NCBI GenBank assembly: GCA_010093815.1
Contig: ML996570.1
Reading direction: 5' to 3' (one strand)
Source: Pseudovirgaria hyperparasitica
Lineage: Eukaryota
Length of the DNA: 64,000 nucleotides
The position numbers and the translations under genes are program-made. Shown one piece after another: positions 34,731 to 47,421 of the stretch; the stretch's first letter is position 1, and every line of letters starts with the position of its first letter. A model generated the notes under the pieces. That model was not told the DNA's origin, did not search any database, and saw nothing but the letters and a program-made list of their open reading frames with translations.

Positions 34731-36453
34731 TCAAGCCTTCTTTGACTTGGCTTGATGAGCGGCGAGAGCTCCAGACAGGTTGTACTGGCTCTCGATACCC
34801 TCGACACGGTGGGTGGAGTTGATGTTCTTGACTAGTGTGATCTGGTAGCAAGTCGCAGATCCCTGGCGGGAGATGATGGTGGAGTAGGCAAGGAAGTACT
34901 CCCAGATCTATTCGAAAGTAAGCAAAGTACTTAATCTCGCTGTGAAATAACTCACTCTGAACCAGCGCTTTCCATATTTGCCAATGACCTTGTCCTTGTT
35001 GCCCATCCAGTTCCTGTACCATCTCCATAGGGTGGCGGAGTAGTGCACACCAACAGTGTCAATGTGTTTGATCTCGAAACCAGCACCTTCGAGCTTGTCG
35101 ACGAAGAAACCAAGAGGAGTAGAAGCGTCAGCACCAGGAAAGATGTACTTGTTCATGAAAAGACCCCAGATGAGATCCTCGTATTGCCATGGCTTGCGAA
35201 GACCAGCAATCTGAAGGAAGAAGACACCGTCATCGTCGAGCATGTCGTAGACTTGACGGAGGAAAGTACCAAAGTGGCGGACACCAACGTGCTCGGCCAT
35301 CTCCAAGCAGGTAATCTTCTTGTATCCGCCCTCAGGCAGAGGAATGTCACGGTAGTCCATGCACAGGATGCGGCTCTGGTCCTCAGGGATACCAGCTCTG
35401 CGCAGACCATTGTTTCCCCAGGCGGTCTGGTTGCGCCCAAGCGTGACACCAGTAGCATGAGCACCATAGTTTACGCTGGCGAACTTTGCAAGAGTGCCCC
35501 AGCCGCAGCCAATATCGAGCAGCTTCTCACCAGGTTTCAATCCAATCTTCTCGCAGACGATCCCAAGCTTGTTGTCCTGGAGCTCCTCGAGAGACTCTTC
35601 TTTGTTGATGTCAGAGATTATGCCAGAGGTATAAATCATACGAGGGCCAAGGAACCAGCCGTAAAAGTCATCACCTCGATCGTAATGGTCACGGACCTGC
35701 TCCTCGTCTGCAGAATGTTAGTGCTGGCACGAGCACGACGGACAGGTAACAGCTTACCTTGAGAACGAGTGTGCATAATGACTTCTGGCATCATTCCAGT
35801 AAGGAAGAACCAAAACAGGCTCAGAGTGAACCTAAAGTTGGCCCAGTCGTGTCGGTACTCCATAGCCTCCAAGCAGTCACCCTTGAAATCGACCTTGCCG
35901 TCAAAGTACATTTCATGAAACGTTTCCATGGGAATGGTCTTGCGGCCAAAGTACTTTTCCCTGTCCTCTTGCTCATGAAACTGTAGGTAGTGTTCCACAG
36001 GCTTGCCTGGATAGCGAGCCTTCTCGTTGACTCTGGGAGAGAACGATGACAATAATGTCCAGAAGGCCATGAGGATTGGGATCGCGAAGAGGACTGCGAG
36101 GAAAATCCATGTCTTTAGTCCACCACCGAGCTTCCACGAACAGTAAAGAGGAATGCCTCCAAGCAAAGAGAAGAGGACGTAATTGTTGAAACTTTCGGCA
36201 CCCGGCCCGTCGGCTGGAAGAGGTGCATTTTTGATCGCAGGATACTAGAAGAAATCATCAATGTCAGAAATGTTCAATTGGCCTCTCAATTGCAAGTGTG
36301 GCAGCTAGAGGGCTTCGCGCAGTGGGGAGCTCAAGTACTCACGGCTGTAGTGCGAACACCAAATTCCTTCGACTCAGGAGCTGGGGGTTCGGTAACAGGG
36401 GTTTCAATCCACTCAAAGGACTCCTCCGAGATGGCCTTACTTGGGTCCGACAT
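34731..36453 (-). CDS. Sphingolipid C9-methyltransferase (CFA-synthase-like SAM methyltransferase)
   Basis: PAIKNAPLPADG, two N-terminal TM segments, HTRSQ|DEEQV, LLDIGCGWG, CLEMAEHVG, YIFPGADAS; several introns. Confidence 0.9.
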
Positions 36454-36625
36454 TTTTGAAGTAAGGTGTTGAGGAGTTGAAGCAGACGGGAAATTTTAGG
36501 GGTTGAGAAAAAGTCGGTGGGGAGCTTCGTGGTCGCCAAGCAAGCGTCAGGCCGGGCACGACTGATTTCGACAACGTCCGCGTTCAACTTTATGCATGTG
36601 AAACAAAGCCGCTGTACGCCGTTGT

Positions 36626-37654
36626 CTATGTAGTATTATCTGGCCTGAGATTGTGAATGACAGCCTTTTGCATGTCATCTGTCACTCCGACGGACGTGAG
36701 ATAGCTCTGTATACCACCATACCGATCTTGGATATGTTTGTCGACTTTCGAAACCATACCTGGCGCACAACGACCAAAATCATCACCGAGTCCGATGGAC
36801 CGAATCTCTTTCAATCTTTCTTCACGTCCAGAGACGAGCTCGCCGTCGGTAAGCATGTAGTCATAATTGATGGCGTCGACAGGCACTCCGAGCAACAAAA
36901 GACACAACATAATAGTCAGACCTGTCCGATCTTTGCCTTGGGTACAGTGCAAGACTATTGGGTAATTTGCTGGCTCAGCCAGCACTGAGAATACCTGCTT
37001 CACTTCAAGACCGCACGCATCAATCGAGTCAATGGCAAGTCCTTCGATGCCCCGCTCTTGCATGACGTTCGTTGCGATGATGCTGATTGCGTCTTTGCGG
37101 TACCCCATGGCCATGAAGGCGATTAGCTTGCCGAAATTCCACCACGATAGCTTGCTCATTAGGGATTTGGAGAAAGCCCAACCATTAAAGTTAATCTCGT
37201 GATAAGTCACGGCTGGGATCTTTAGTGGGCTGGCGACATCGTCGTTTGTTTGCAGTGCCAATTCGGAGCTCTGTATTTTCGCATTGCGCTTCTGTGCCTG
37301 CTCGATATGCTCGGTCCTGCACAGTCATAAGAATGGGAGGCTATGAAGATGGTCGCCCATACTTTGTTCTCAGGTCGACGATAGTCTGGATACCAAAGTC
37401 CACCAAGAGTCTCTGTCTATCTCTGATGGTGCATTCATCTATGGAGGATTAGACTCAGATTTCGAACGATAGCATTGCTTCAAGGCACACCAGGGCTTGC
37501 ACTTCTGTATAGCCTTTTTGATATCACATATCTGCAACGCATCAGTCTCGGGCACACGAGACGCGACACTCCCAACTCACTCCCGACCGGTGAAGTCGTT
37601 CACGGTCTGGCCAGCGTCCCGAAAGTTGAGGATAGATGGTAAAGGACTTGGCAT
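36626..37654 (-). CDS. Tyrosine/dual-specificity phosphatase (Y_phosphatase3-type)
   Basis: ILNFRDAG N-terminal motif, IVDLR, active site HCTQGKDRTG; internal introns not fully resolved. Confidence 0.85.
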
Positions 37655-38013
37655 CCTCAATGAATGGCCTTATTTTGAGGAGGGCACTGGATTGCTGACT
37701 CTGAATTGGCTGCAGCACTTGTTCGCCGCTCAAGCATACAGACAAGTGACGGTATATCGGAACAATTATGATGACATATGTCGAAGAAACCAGGCCAGGA
37801 TTGCTTGTAGGCCTGAGGCATACATAGACTGCCAAATCTGGCAGAGTCCAAACGCTCCAGTCGCTCGTTTTGTACCCGCATTAAACGTCAGCTGTGCACG
37901 ATAACTGTAGCCATTACATGGATGTATTTCCTATCCATCCCTAACCATCAACACGCAATGTCACGAGCAACAGGTATACACGCTGTCGGCCTCACCATTA
38001 TTCAAAATTGGTA

Positions 38014-39380
38014 ATGGTCAAAAACAACCCCTGTATTCGTCATTTCTCCAGAACGCTGTCCATTTCAAAGCCATATTGAAGCAGTATCAAAGCAGTCAGG
38101 ATCGACCGCTTGCAGTTGTTTGAGGAGGAGCGACTTCCCTGGTATCGCGCGGACCAATTCTATCCCGTGCATACAGGAGAGACATTCTTCTCCAAGTACA
38201 AGGTTGTGGGCAAGCTTGGATACGGTCCTACTGTTTGGCTCTGCCGAGATATGAGGTCAAGAGATGTGTCTAGGGGCATTCCATTCAGTTTAGACCTAGA
38301 TAGCTGACTAATACAGCAGAGATTCTGGCTTTGTAGCTCTTAAAGTCTGTACCCGGGATAATATTGGGTCTTTGCGAAATGATCGAGACCTGAAAATTTA
38401 CGAGCATGTCAGTTCACTCAACTCACCATATGGTGGCCAAGCATATATTCGCGGTCTTTTAGAGACATTCGAAATCGACGGTCCAGCTGGAAAAGCACTC
38501 ATGTCTCATTCAGCCTCCAATGCATATGACTATCCGGGAGCTTCAGTGCTGCAATCCATCGAAGCGGCTTAACGAGCAGATTTTAAACTGGACTCTTTTC
38601 AACCTGCTTAGGGGGCTCACTTTCCTTCACGATGAAGTGAGAGTGGTTCACACCGGCGGATTTGTATACACTACATGCCTTGAGCATTGCATTGACTTCC
38701 TCGTAACAGACAATAATCCCTCGAACATCATACTAAGCATTGAGGATGAATCTCTACTCCCAGAATTCGAACGAGCGGAAGCCGAAGAACCATCACCAAT
38801 GAAAGTGATCGATGAATTTCGGACGATCTATGGTTCTCGAAGATTTAGTCTTCCGAAAGACTCACGTTGGGGCCAGCCGGTCCTGTGTGACTTTGAAGAA
38901 GCGCGGATTGGCCAGACCCATAAGGGTCTGATTTAGCCTGAGCTGTACCAGGCCCCGGAAGTTTTGTTCAATATGGAATGGAGTTGTAGTGTTGACATCT
39001 GGAATCTAGCTGTTTTGGTAGGTCTTCAAACCCTATTAATAATCGCTCAATATAGATTCTACTAACTCGTCCCTCCCAGATATGGGATCTATTTGAGGTC
39101 CAACACCTGTTACATACTCTTGATGAAGCTCAAAGACGTGTCGGCAACACACCATGTTGCTGCGATGCTGGGGTACCTTGGAAGCCCCCCTTTCCAGTAT
39201 CTCGGTCGGAGCGAAGTCACAAATAATGTCTTTGATGAGAAAGGTCAGTGCGTTCCCAAATGAACTCTGTCCAGCTTGCTCATGATCATGATCCAGGTCA
39301 CTGGAAAGGTGCGGGAGATGTCACAGTGCCAGAAATGTCTCTTGAGCGAGCTGAGATTATCTTGGAAGTGAATAGAAAAG
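38014..39380 (+). pseudogene. SRPK/CMGC-like protein kinase pseudogene
   Basis: EEERLPWY..QFYPV, KLGYG(-)PTVWL (shortened Gly loop), frameshift near 38490, DNNPSN and DFEEA instead of DxKxxN and DFG, in-frame TAG near 38934, truncated C-terminus. Confidence 0.8.
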
Positions 39381-40543
39381 GCAGTAATGCACATGCAACG
39401 CAGACGCGTATCTGCATGCACGTCATCCTACACACATGATACAGTACACATATACACATCCCACACAAACTCACTCATATCCATGTGAGGTCGATGTTCA
39501 AATGAGTACCAGAAGAGAGACGGCGGGCTGCCGAACTTCTCACCGACCCCTGGTTGGAAGGGGCTATTCCTTGAATGTAGACCCGACAGCGGTCAACTCA
39601 ATCTCATCCTGTTTCTCGGATTTAACTACGCTGTTATTGGTGTTCTCTTCTAGAAGCCGACGAAGATGGAGGTCCCATTTTAACAACCCGGAAAAGTCAC
39701 AATGGCTCCGCAATATCATATAAGATGCTGTCGCCGCAGCACAACGGCTTCTACCTTATACAGCTCCACAGCAAACATGTAGCAGACCAATGCGATGTGT
39801 TGGGAAACGAGATCTATTGCTTGCCTCGCCGATCATGGTAATATCGATTGCCTTCATTTATGGCTAGTAACAGTCCACGCTAAAGCCTAAATCAAGCAAG
39901 AAGTGTTCCAGCTTCAGCAAGGCCACGAAAATAGCGATCTCAAAGGACCGACATCGTGTGTATCAGCTGTGGAGGCTCGGAATTTGGGAAGCCACAGGAG
40001 TGACAGGACTGAGGAAGAGTTGTAAACAGTTTAGTATATAACAATGCAGACCTATTGAGTAGCTCCAGTCTATCTGCCAGATTGCAAGCTACGGACGTCG
40101 ACGAAGTATGGACCGACTGGGATGGCTGTTATTATACAGACGCTCATGAGCGCCAACTGCGAGAAAAGGTGACTCAGCATCTGATGGGTTCGCCTATGTT
40201 GTTGGTACGACGAGATGTTGTGTCCGATCACCTAAGTACGTTATAGGTGTAGCCCCAGAAGTCCAGACTTGGCGGCCACTAAGGCTACGTCATACGTCAT
40301 CGCCCATCAGAATAGCCGCTACCTAAGGTTCTACCTAATACCTCTGCTGCGTCTGCTGCATCTGCTGAAACCCTCTTCTCCCTTCCCGTCTACATCTTCT
40401 GGCTGCATCGTTCGCATCAATCCCTGCTTTTTTTGTCGCCGGCTTTGCGCTATAGCTATCAGTATTCTACTGCAGAGTTGCTTCAATAGCCGTGCTACCT
40501 TTACAAGGATCCCCAATCCAGGTACCTGGCTTAGCTCCACACC

Positions 40544-43186
40544 ATGACGAGTGACGGGGCACTTCCAGTTGCTCGACCACTGAGCCATGCTTCACTTCAA
40601 AGCAATACCACTACCTCTCACTCTATAACATGTCCTGATCCTAGTGCTCATGCCGCCCTTGAGAGGCAAGCCAGGCTTCAAGAGACTGCTTCTGTTGCTG
40701 CGCTACTCGTTACAAGGGACCGGAAAGAATCCAACCCAAACCCGGACGTCAAGCTGTCATCAGCCAGTATGTTATCACTACGTTCTCTCGTACTGCGCAT
40801 CGGAGCTGACTCTTGATTCTAGGCGCTGCAGCCAGCTTAAAGTACGCAAAGCCTCAAGATCTGCCAGCTTTTCCAGTTGTTGGTGTTGTAGACGCCTCAG
40901 CTTCCGCTAGTAAGGCGGCCTTGCTTGCAAACGCAAACCCAACTGAAGTAAACTGGTGGAAACCTGAACAGTCAGAAGCCGCCAGTAAGGCTGCATTGCT
41001 TGCGCACGATCACAAGATGGCGCCGATGTGGCAGCCAGAAGCTAGTGCTGCTGGCTCCAAAGCTGCTCTTCTCGCTCACCGCGATGGCCCAAAATTGGAT
41101 TTATGGCAACCATATGCGAGTCCCGCGGGGAATTCTGCGGCCGGCGCAGCGTTGAGAAAATGCACCAGCAGTCCCGCACCACCTCCAGCAGACTCTGTTG
41201 CTGACGACCGACGGCGAAAGGCTCTGATGGCTGCAAGGGGCGCATACTCCGGCAGCCAGCGACGGCGATCGGGTTCTACGCCAACACTGCCTACGTATCC
41301 TGACTCCGCAAACTCGGCACACAATGCGCTGAGTGCCGCTACCATTGTTCACCGTAATTCAACAAGGCTTGCCAATTCACCGCTTGCCACCACGCAAGGG
41401 CCCTCTAAAGGAGCACTGAACGCCGCTCGTGTACAAAACATTGGTAAAAACGTAGATAGAGAGATGTTTGGTTCAGCTCCACCGTTCGTTCTTGAGGCCG
41501 AAGAAAAGAAGCGCACCGACGCTCTCCGCGCCTCCGCTATTTCCATGGCACAAGGAATGTATACATTGGCCGAAGACCGTAGACACAAACAGGAAGCCTT
41601 GGACTCTCAACGAAGCACAGGGTTAGCCGCAGCCACCAGCGTGCATGGACGTAGCCAGTCGACATCTTCGCAAGATATTAGACAGCAAGCGCTTCAGTAT
41701 ATTCACATTCAAGACGCTGCACAAAAGCTAGCCGCGGAACGGCTATCAAAAATAAAGGTGGATGATAGTGCTGCCTATCGAGACTACTATGGATATGGAA
41801 AACCAGCGCCCCGCTCGCGTCTCTCCGTCCGCAGGCCCAACCGGCGACGTGCCTCCAGCGAGGGCGCTGCCAATGATGATTCTTCCGATGAAGAGCAATC
41901 TCGTAGAATACGCAACCAGATGTCCATATTCAACAACCAGGTCCAACAAGTCGACTCCCGAAAACGCCAAAAAGACAGGGAAGCAGTGTTGGCCGCTGCT
42001 GAAAAGAAGGTTCACGCGCAGATGCATTCTATGGATGAGAGGGTTTTCAATGCTACTGGAAAGATGTCCCAATCAATGATCGACGAATGGGATGCAAAGG
42101 CGCGTGCCAAGGCAACAGCGGAGAGCCAGTCTCGGATGGAGAACCATGGCAAAGTTGACATTGGAGGTGGACGATTCATGGACCAATCTGAGATCGATGC
42201 CATTGCGTCAAGTAGGATGCAACCTACGCTTGATGACATCAATGATCAAGCCGAGAGGCGCAGGGCTCGTGACGAGGAGATTCGATTGGACATTGAACAG
42301 AAAAGACGCGAGTTGAATAGAGAGAAAGAACGTGAGGCCGAGCTCAAGGCCGAAGAAAAGCGTCTCAAAGGTATGTAACTCCAATTCACAGTTAGTGCAT
42401 TGACCTAAGTCCCCTATAGACGAGGACAAACGTCGTTCCAAGCTTCAGAAGCAAGAAGAGAAAGAATTCGCGAAAGCCGAAAAGGAAGCCGAAAAGGCCC
42501 GCAAAGCAGAAGAGAAACGTCTCTCAAAGCACGAAAAGCAACAGTCTAAAGAAGCTTCTAAACCCACCATCGCGACTACTACCACGCCCGAGCCCACCGA
42601 AGCCCGCGCAAGCAGCATTTCCACTGCAGATCCCCCTTTCGTCGACGCCTCGTCTACTGCAGCCCGCGACTCCATTGCCACCGACCCTACAACGCTCGCC
42701 AGCGTCGAGCCTCGTCCAGAAGATCCAACAAGCCCCACCAGTCCGACCAAGTCCGATGGCGGCCTTCGCAGATTGATCACGAAGCTAAAGCGTCGCTCGA
42801 AACACACGCCTTCAGCTTCCAACGATGCTGTCCCCACTTCGCCCGCAAAGGCATCCTCGTTCGTGGGCGGCGCTGCTCTCACTGGCGCTAAATCACCCGA
42901 CGATACTGCCACCGCAGATAAGGACAAAAATAGAGCCATCGACGAACCTGCACGCGGTCGCTCGCCATCAATCTCCAGCCTCAGTTCCTCGGATCAAGGC
43001 GAGTCATCAGTATCTGTAAAGAAGCCCGTGCGCGAACTTTCTGATGACGAGAGCGACGAGGACAGGGACAAAGTAGACTCGAGCCTTGTTCCGCCGCCGA
43101 AGTTCAAAGAGGATAATATTGGCACAGGGGCGATCCGGAAAAGTGGCAGTCCCGTCCGGGGGACTATCTTCAAGGAGGAGTTTTGA
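40544..43186 (+). CDS. Eisosome protein, EIS1-like
   Basis: AASLKYAKPQDLP, repeated ASKAALLA, HGKVDIGGGRFMDQSEIDAIA..RMQPTLDDI, ends FKEEF; introns 40767-40822 and 42371-42419 join in frame. Confidence 0.8.
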
Positions 43187-43639
43187 GATGTTAATAATGA
43201 TTCGTGCACACTTGCAGAAAAGAGGATGATATATCAGTCGATTGGGAGCTTATGGGTGGCAAGGGAGGGATATGAGAAATGTGTGCGTGGAAAACGAAGG
43301 GTTAATTATTCCCTTGGGATCTCCTAACATTGTCGTCGTCGTTTCTGTTTCTATTATAATGTCGCGTACGATGTTTTACCCGTGTGTTTTTCTGGGTCTC
43401 TTTTATCACTTCCCGCGTATACCTTTTTATACTGACGCTGACGATCTTCAAATCAATGAATGACGGATGGATGGATATATCTTTTTATCTTTCGAATCAA
43501 ACCCCCCCAAAAAATAACACACATATATAATACAGTTCGCATAGGAGCGAGAGGTGAACAAGGCAAGGTGAGAAAAGGAGAAGGTAGTCAGAAACATACA
43601 CACATATATATAGCTAATTTGTAGTACGTCAGGTTCTGA

Positions 43640-43657
43640 ATAAGTTGAATGAAGAAC

Positions 43658-43730
<73 letters not shown>
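43640..43730. repeat. Compound (TG)n(AG)n microsatellite
   Basis: Direct reading. Confidence 0.95.
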
Positions 43731-44098
43731 TAATTTGGCTGCTTACAATACTACAATTCTGGATGTCCTGTATATTTGCTCGTTGGCTTGCTTTTTCGAT
43801 TGTTTGATTGATAGTGTATGCAAGAACGATGAGATGCCTTTTTATTCGGCCTGTACAAGCATCCAAGCCCAGCCATTTCATCTAGACATGAGAGGTGGAG
43901 GAAGAGACATGAAAGAGATACACATAATGCTGATGAACGCAGCGTTTGTTGGTAAAGCAGACAGACAAACAACCAGGAGAAGAACCTTTGCAATCCAGTT
44001 CAGTTCAGCCCAAACCCAAATCGTATGCAAAATAGAAGGCGCCATACACCATCTCCTGTGGAGCTCGTCACATCCTCCTCCTCACTTCCCCAGTCCTC

Positions 44099-46350
44099 CT
44101 ACTCATCCTCTGCCTCTACTCTCACAAGCACTTCTTCCAAAAAGCCCTCCAAGAATCCGACCACGTCGCCGCCCATCCCCACAGGACTCTTCTCATCCCA
44201 CTCATCAATCTCGCAAAACAACCTCGCCGCTTTATCGACCAGTTTCTTGATGTTCTCGTGCGCATGTATACGGCGCTGCATAGCTTCGGCACTGTCACCA
44301 CCAGCTTTGATCTGCAGATTGAGGTTATACGTGCGACGATGAAGTGCAGCCTGGAGGGCAGGCAGGACCACGCCATTCAGAGCAGTGATTTCCGCGGGAT
44401 TTTGCGGGACGTGAGTCGTGAACGGATCCGAGTTTGAGGCAGTGGATAACATGGATGCATTGGAGAGTCGGGTGGACCGGGCGGCCGATAAACGCATCGA
44501 GGCGCGGCCTTTACTGTTGGCCACAGGCGGAATAGATGACGAGATTTGAGTGGATTGTGGGACGAATGCAGGTAGAGGCTGTTGTGTCGACAAAGGTTGA
44601 AGAGGCTTTTCTTTCGGAGTTGGTGGAAGCTCGTGGAGGCTGCCGGCACTTGTGGAGGTACGATGGCCTTTGAAAGGAGGTATCGGTGGCAAGGAAATAG
44701 GATTGTTCAGTTTGGGTACTGGAAGAGGATGCTGAGATCGAGATGACTGGGACGACTGGATTTGTGGCCTGGCAGGTTTGGGTGTCATCGGGTCATCCAG
44801 ATGAAGTCCCTCCATGTCTGCCGCAATAGACTGCTGTAGGAAGTCATCGAACTCGTGAGCCATGCGACTGGCCCTCCTAGGTGTGACCACTTGTTTTGAT
44901 GGACTGGTAGTCGTATTATCTGGGACTGCAACTACTTTCGACGGTGTTTGTGGTATCCGGGTCTTGTCCGGCGACGGCGGTAGCGGTATCTTCGACGCCG
45001 AGGGAGATAATGATACAGCGGATGACAATGCAGTCTTTGTTGGGCTTGGAGGGATCTGAAGAGGGGGCTTTGACAAGCGAATCGTCTCTTGTCCTCGGTG
45101 GCTTGCATTCTCTCCTTGTCCGGGTACAGGCTTGCGCGGCGAAACCGGCCGTGTCGGTGACGAAGGAGCACCACCCAGTCTTGCATTCGCAGCGGCATCA
45201 TTCAATTGTCGAAGCCCTTGACCTCTACCGTTGTTCGGTCGGACAGTGCCAAAGTCCCAAAGATCCTCATTTATCGGTTCTCGCTGCTGTGGTGCTTCAT
45301 CGTACTCGTCGTCTGAGTCGTATGAAGATTTTCCCCTACTTGTTCGCCACCGTTCATGTCGCTCGATAAGCTCTGTAAGGTAATTCGTCCTCTTTCCCTT
45401 CCTAATAAATGGATGTCTCAGCAATTCCTTTGCTGTAGGTCGATCCCGCGGCTCCTTCTGCAAGCAGACTTCCACAAAGTCCTTGAATTGCCTACTAAAC
45501 TGAGACCCTTCTAGCTTTGGAGCCGGATTCCGCGGGATGAGAAAAAGCACCTTCATGGGATGAATGTCGGCAAAGGGAGGTTCACCTAGCGCCAATTCCA
45601 GGGCAGTGATTCCCAACGACCATATGTCTGCCTTCTGATCATGGCCTGATTGCTTGATGACTTCTGGAGCCATCCAAAAAGGTGTCCCAACAAACGTATT
45701 CTTCTTTGTCATTGTTGCAGACAACTGGCCCGAGACGCCGAAGTCTGCAAGTTTGACTTGTCCGTTTGAACCCAGCAATACGTTGGCAGCTAAAAGTTGT
45801 TAGCAGGGGCAGTAAGATGATGGTATCTTCATATACCTTTAATATCCCTATGGAGCTTGTTATCTCCATGTAGATATTCCAATCCCTGAAGTAGCTCTCT
45901 CATTATTATCATGATGTAGTCCTCATTGATCAAGCCAGGTTTCATGAGGTCCGCGCAGCTGCCCCCCGAACAGAATTCCATTATGATCCATAGATCGGAG
46001 CCCTTGAGATAGCTTCCATAGTATCTAGTGACGTATGGCGAGTGCAGTTCTGAGAGGATGGATATCTCCTGTATGATGTCTTCGACCTCGTCTTCGGCAT
46101 TCTCGACGTCTATGACTTTTATTGCAACCGACTGGCCGTTGCGTTTATCGACTCTGAGGGTCCATTAATGAGCATTCAGGAGGACCAAAACGGGGATATT
46201 CACCCTTTGTACACTTTGCCAAAGCTTCCACCACCTATCCATAGTTTAGTTCGCTGTCATGCCACGATATAAAATTCTCGTACCTATGCAGCTTTGCTTG
46301 GTATACAAAGTCTCTGGGTCCACAGCCCCGTCAACTGCCACGCCTGTCAT
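44099..46350 (-). CDS. STE20-family germinal-centre kinase (GCK-III, MST-1/STK24-like)
   Basis: [52 protein letters not shown]-terminal [13 protein letters not shown]; three introns. Confidence 0.9.
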
Positions 46351-47421
46351 GTCTAAAGTTGCTCAATTGGCTCTTTCTGCGCTTCCTCTGCTTCTCACTG
46401 TGTATGCGAAGATATGTGAGTGTCGTTTTGGAGGTGTCGGCGGGCTGGCCTCTGCGCCTGACTCTAGTGCAAAGCTCGGGCAGACTCGAACGTAGACGAG
46501 GGTGAGTGTGTCGGCTGAGCCTGTTTTACACTGGTTATGACACTGCGTAGTCTATGTCTAGAGCCGTATGACTCTGACCAGGTCCCACAGCCACTAGGTT
46601 GAGGTGACAATTCGGCACAGCGCAAGCAAGTCTGCTGTGTAGGGTGTCGGTCATGAGAGCGCGCGATGCAATGTTCAGGCGGTCTGGTGCCCTCAAAGAA
46701 CAAAGCAAGTCCGATGATATGTGCAATGTACGGAGGCGCAGGTATAGCAGTAAGGAGGATCGACGGGTTTGGGACTGGTAGAGTGGGAAGTGTTCTGCAA
46801 GAATGGTTGTTGTTTACCTGGTGCAGGTAGTGGATCCATTAACGGTCGCGTTGGTTGGTGGGGGTGATCCCTGCCGCAATCTGCGTCACCACATAAACAA
46901 ACCTTCTCCATTGTTCGAGAACGCAACTGTTGCACGGGTTTTATATCGCGATTCATTCATGGTTACGCACGTGTCTAGACTCACTCAATGTGTACACTCT
47001 CCTGCATGCTGCGACGTTGACCAGGAGACTTGTTTCGCGTGCCTAAGCGCGGGGTGTTTGATTCGCTGGCATCATTTCCATCCAATGATTCACTATACGA
47101 TTGCGGTACATGCTGCCTTTAATGCCCAATCAATGCTGTTTTGGGGATAGAGACAGAGCATGTAACAAACATTTGCACGCCGCCATTGTTGAATGCTTGA
47201 ACCTTTGAACAAACGTTCTCATTGTCGGTGAGTGCCAGTCATTTCATTTGCCCTGTTGGGGGGTATCTTTTGCATCTTTAATATCCTTACGCCATGCTAA
47301 AAACCAGACACCGGTTCCAAATGCAATGCCAATATCCACATGTACGTGTACTGAAAATGCCGCCAATGAACCATGCCTTGCTAATTCGCATCACAGGGCA
47401 GCCAAACCGCCTGTTTTCTCT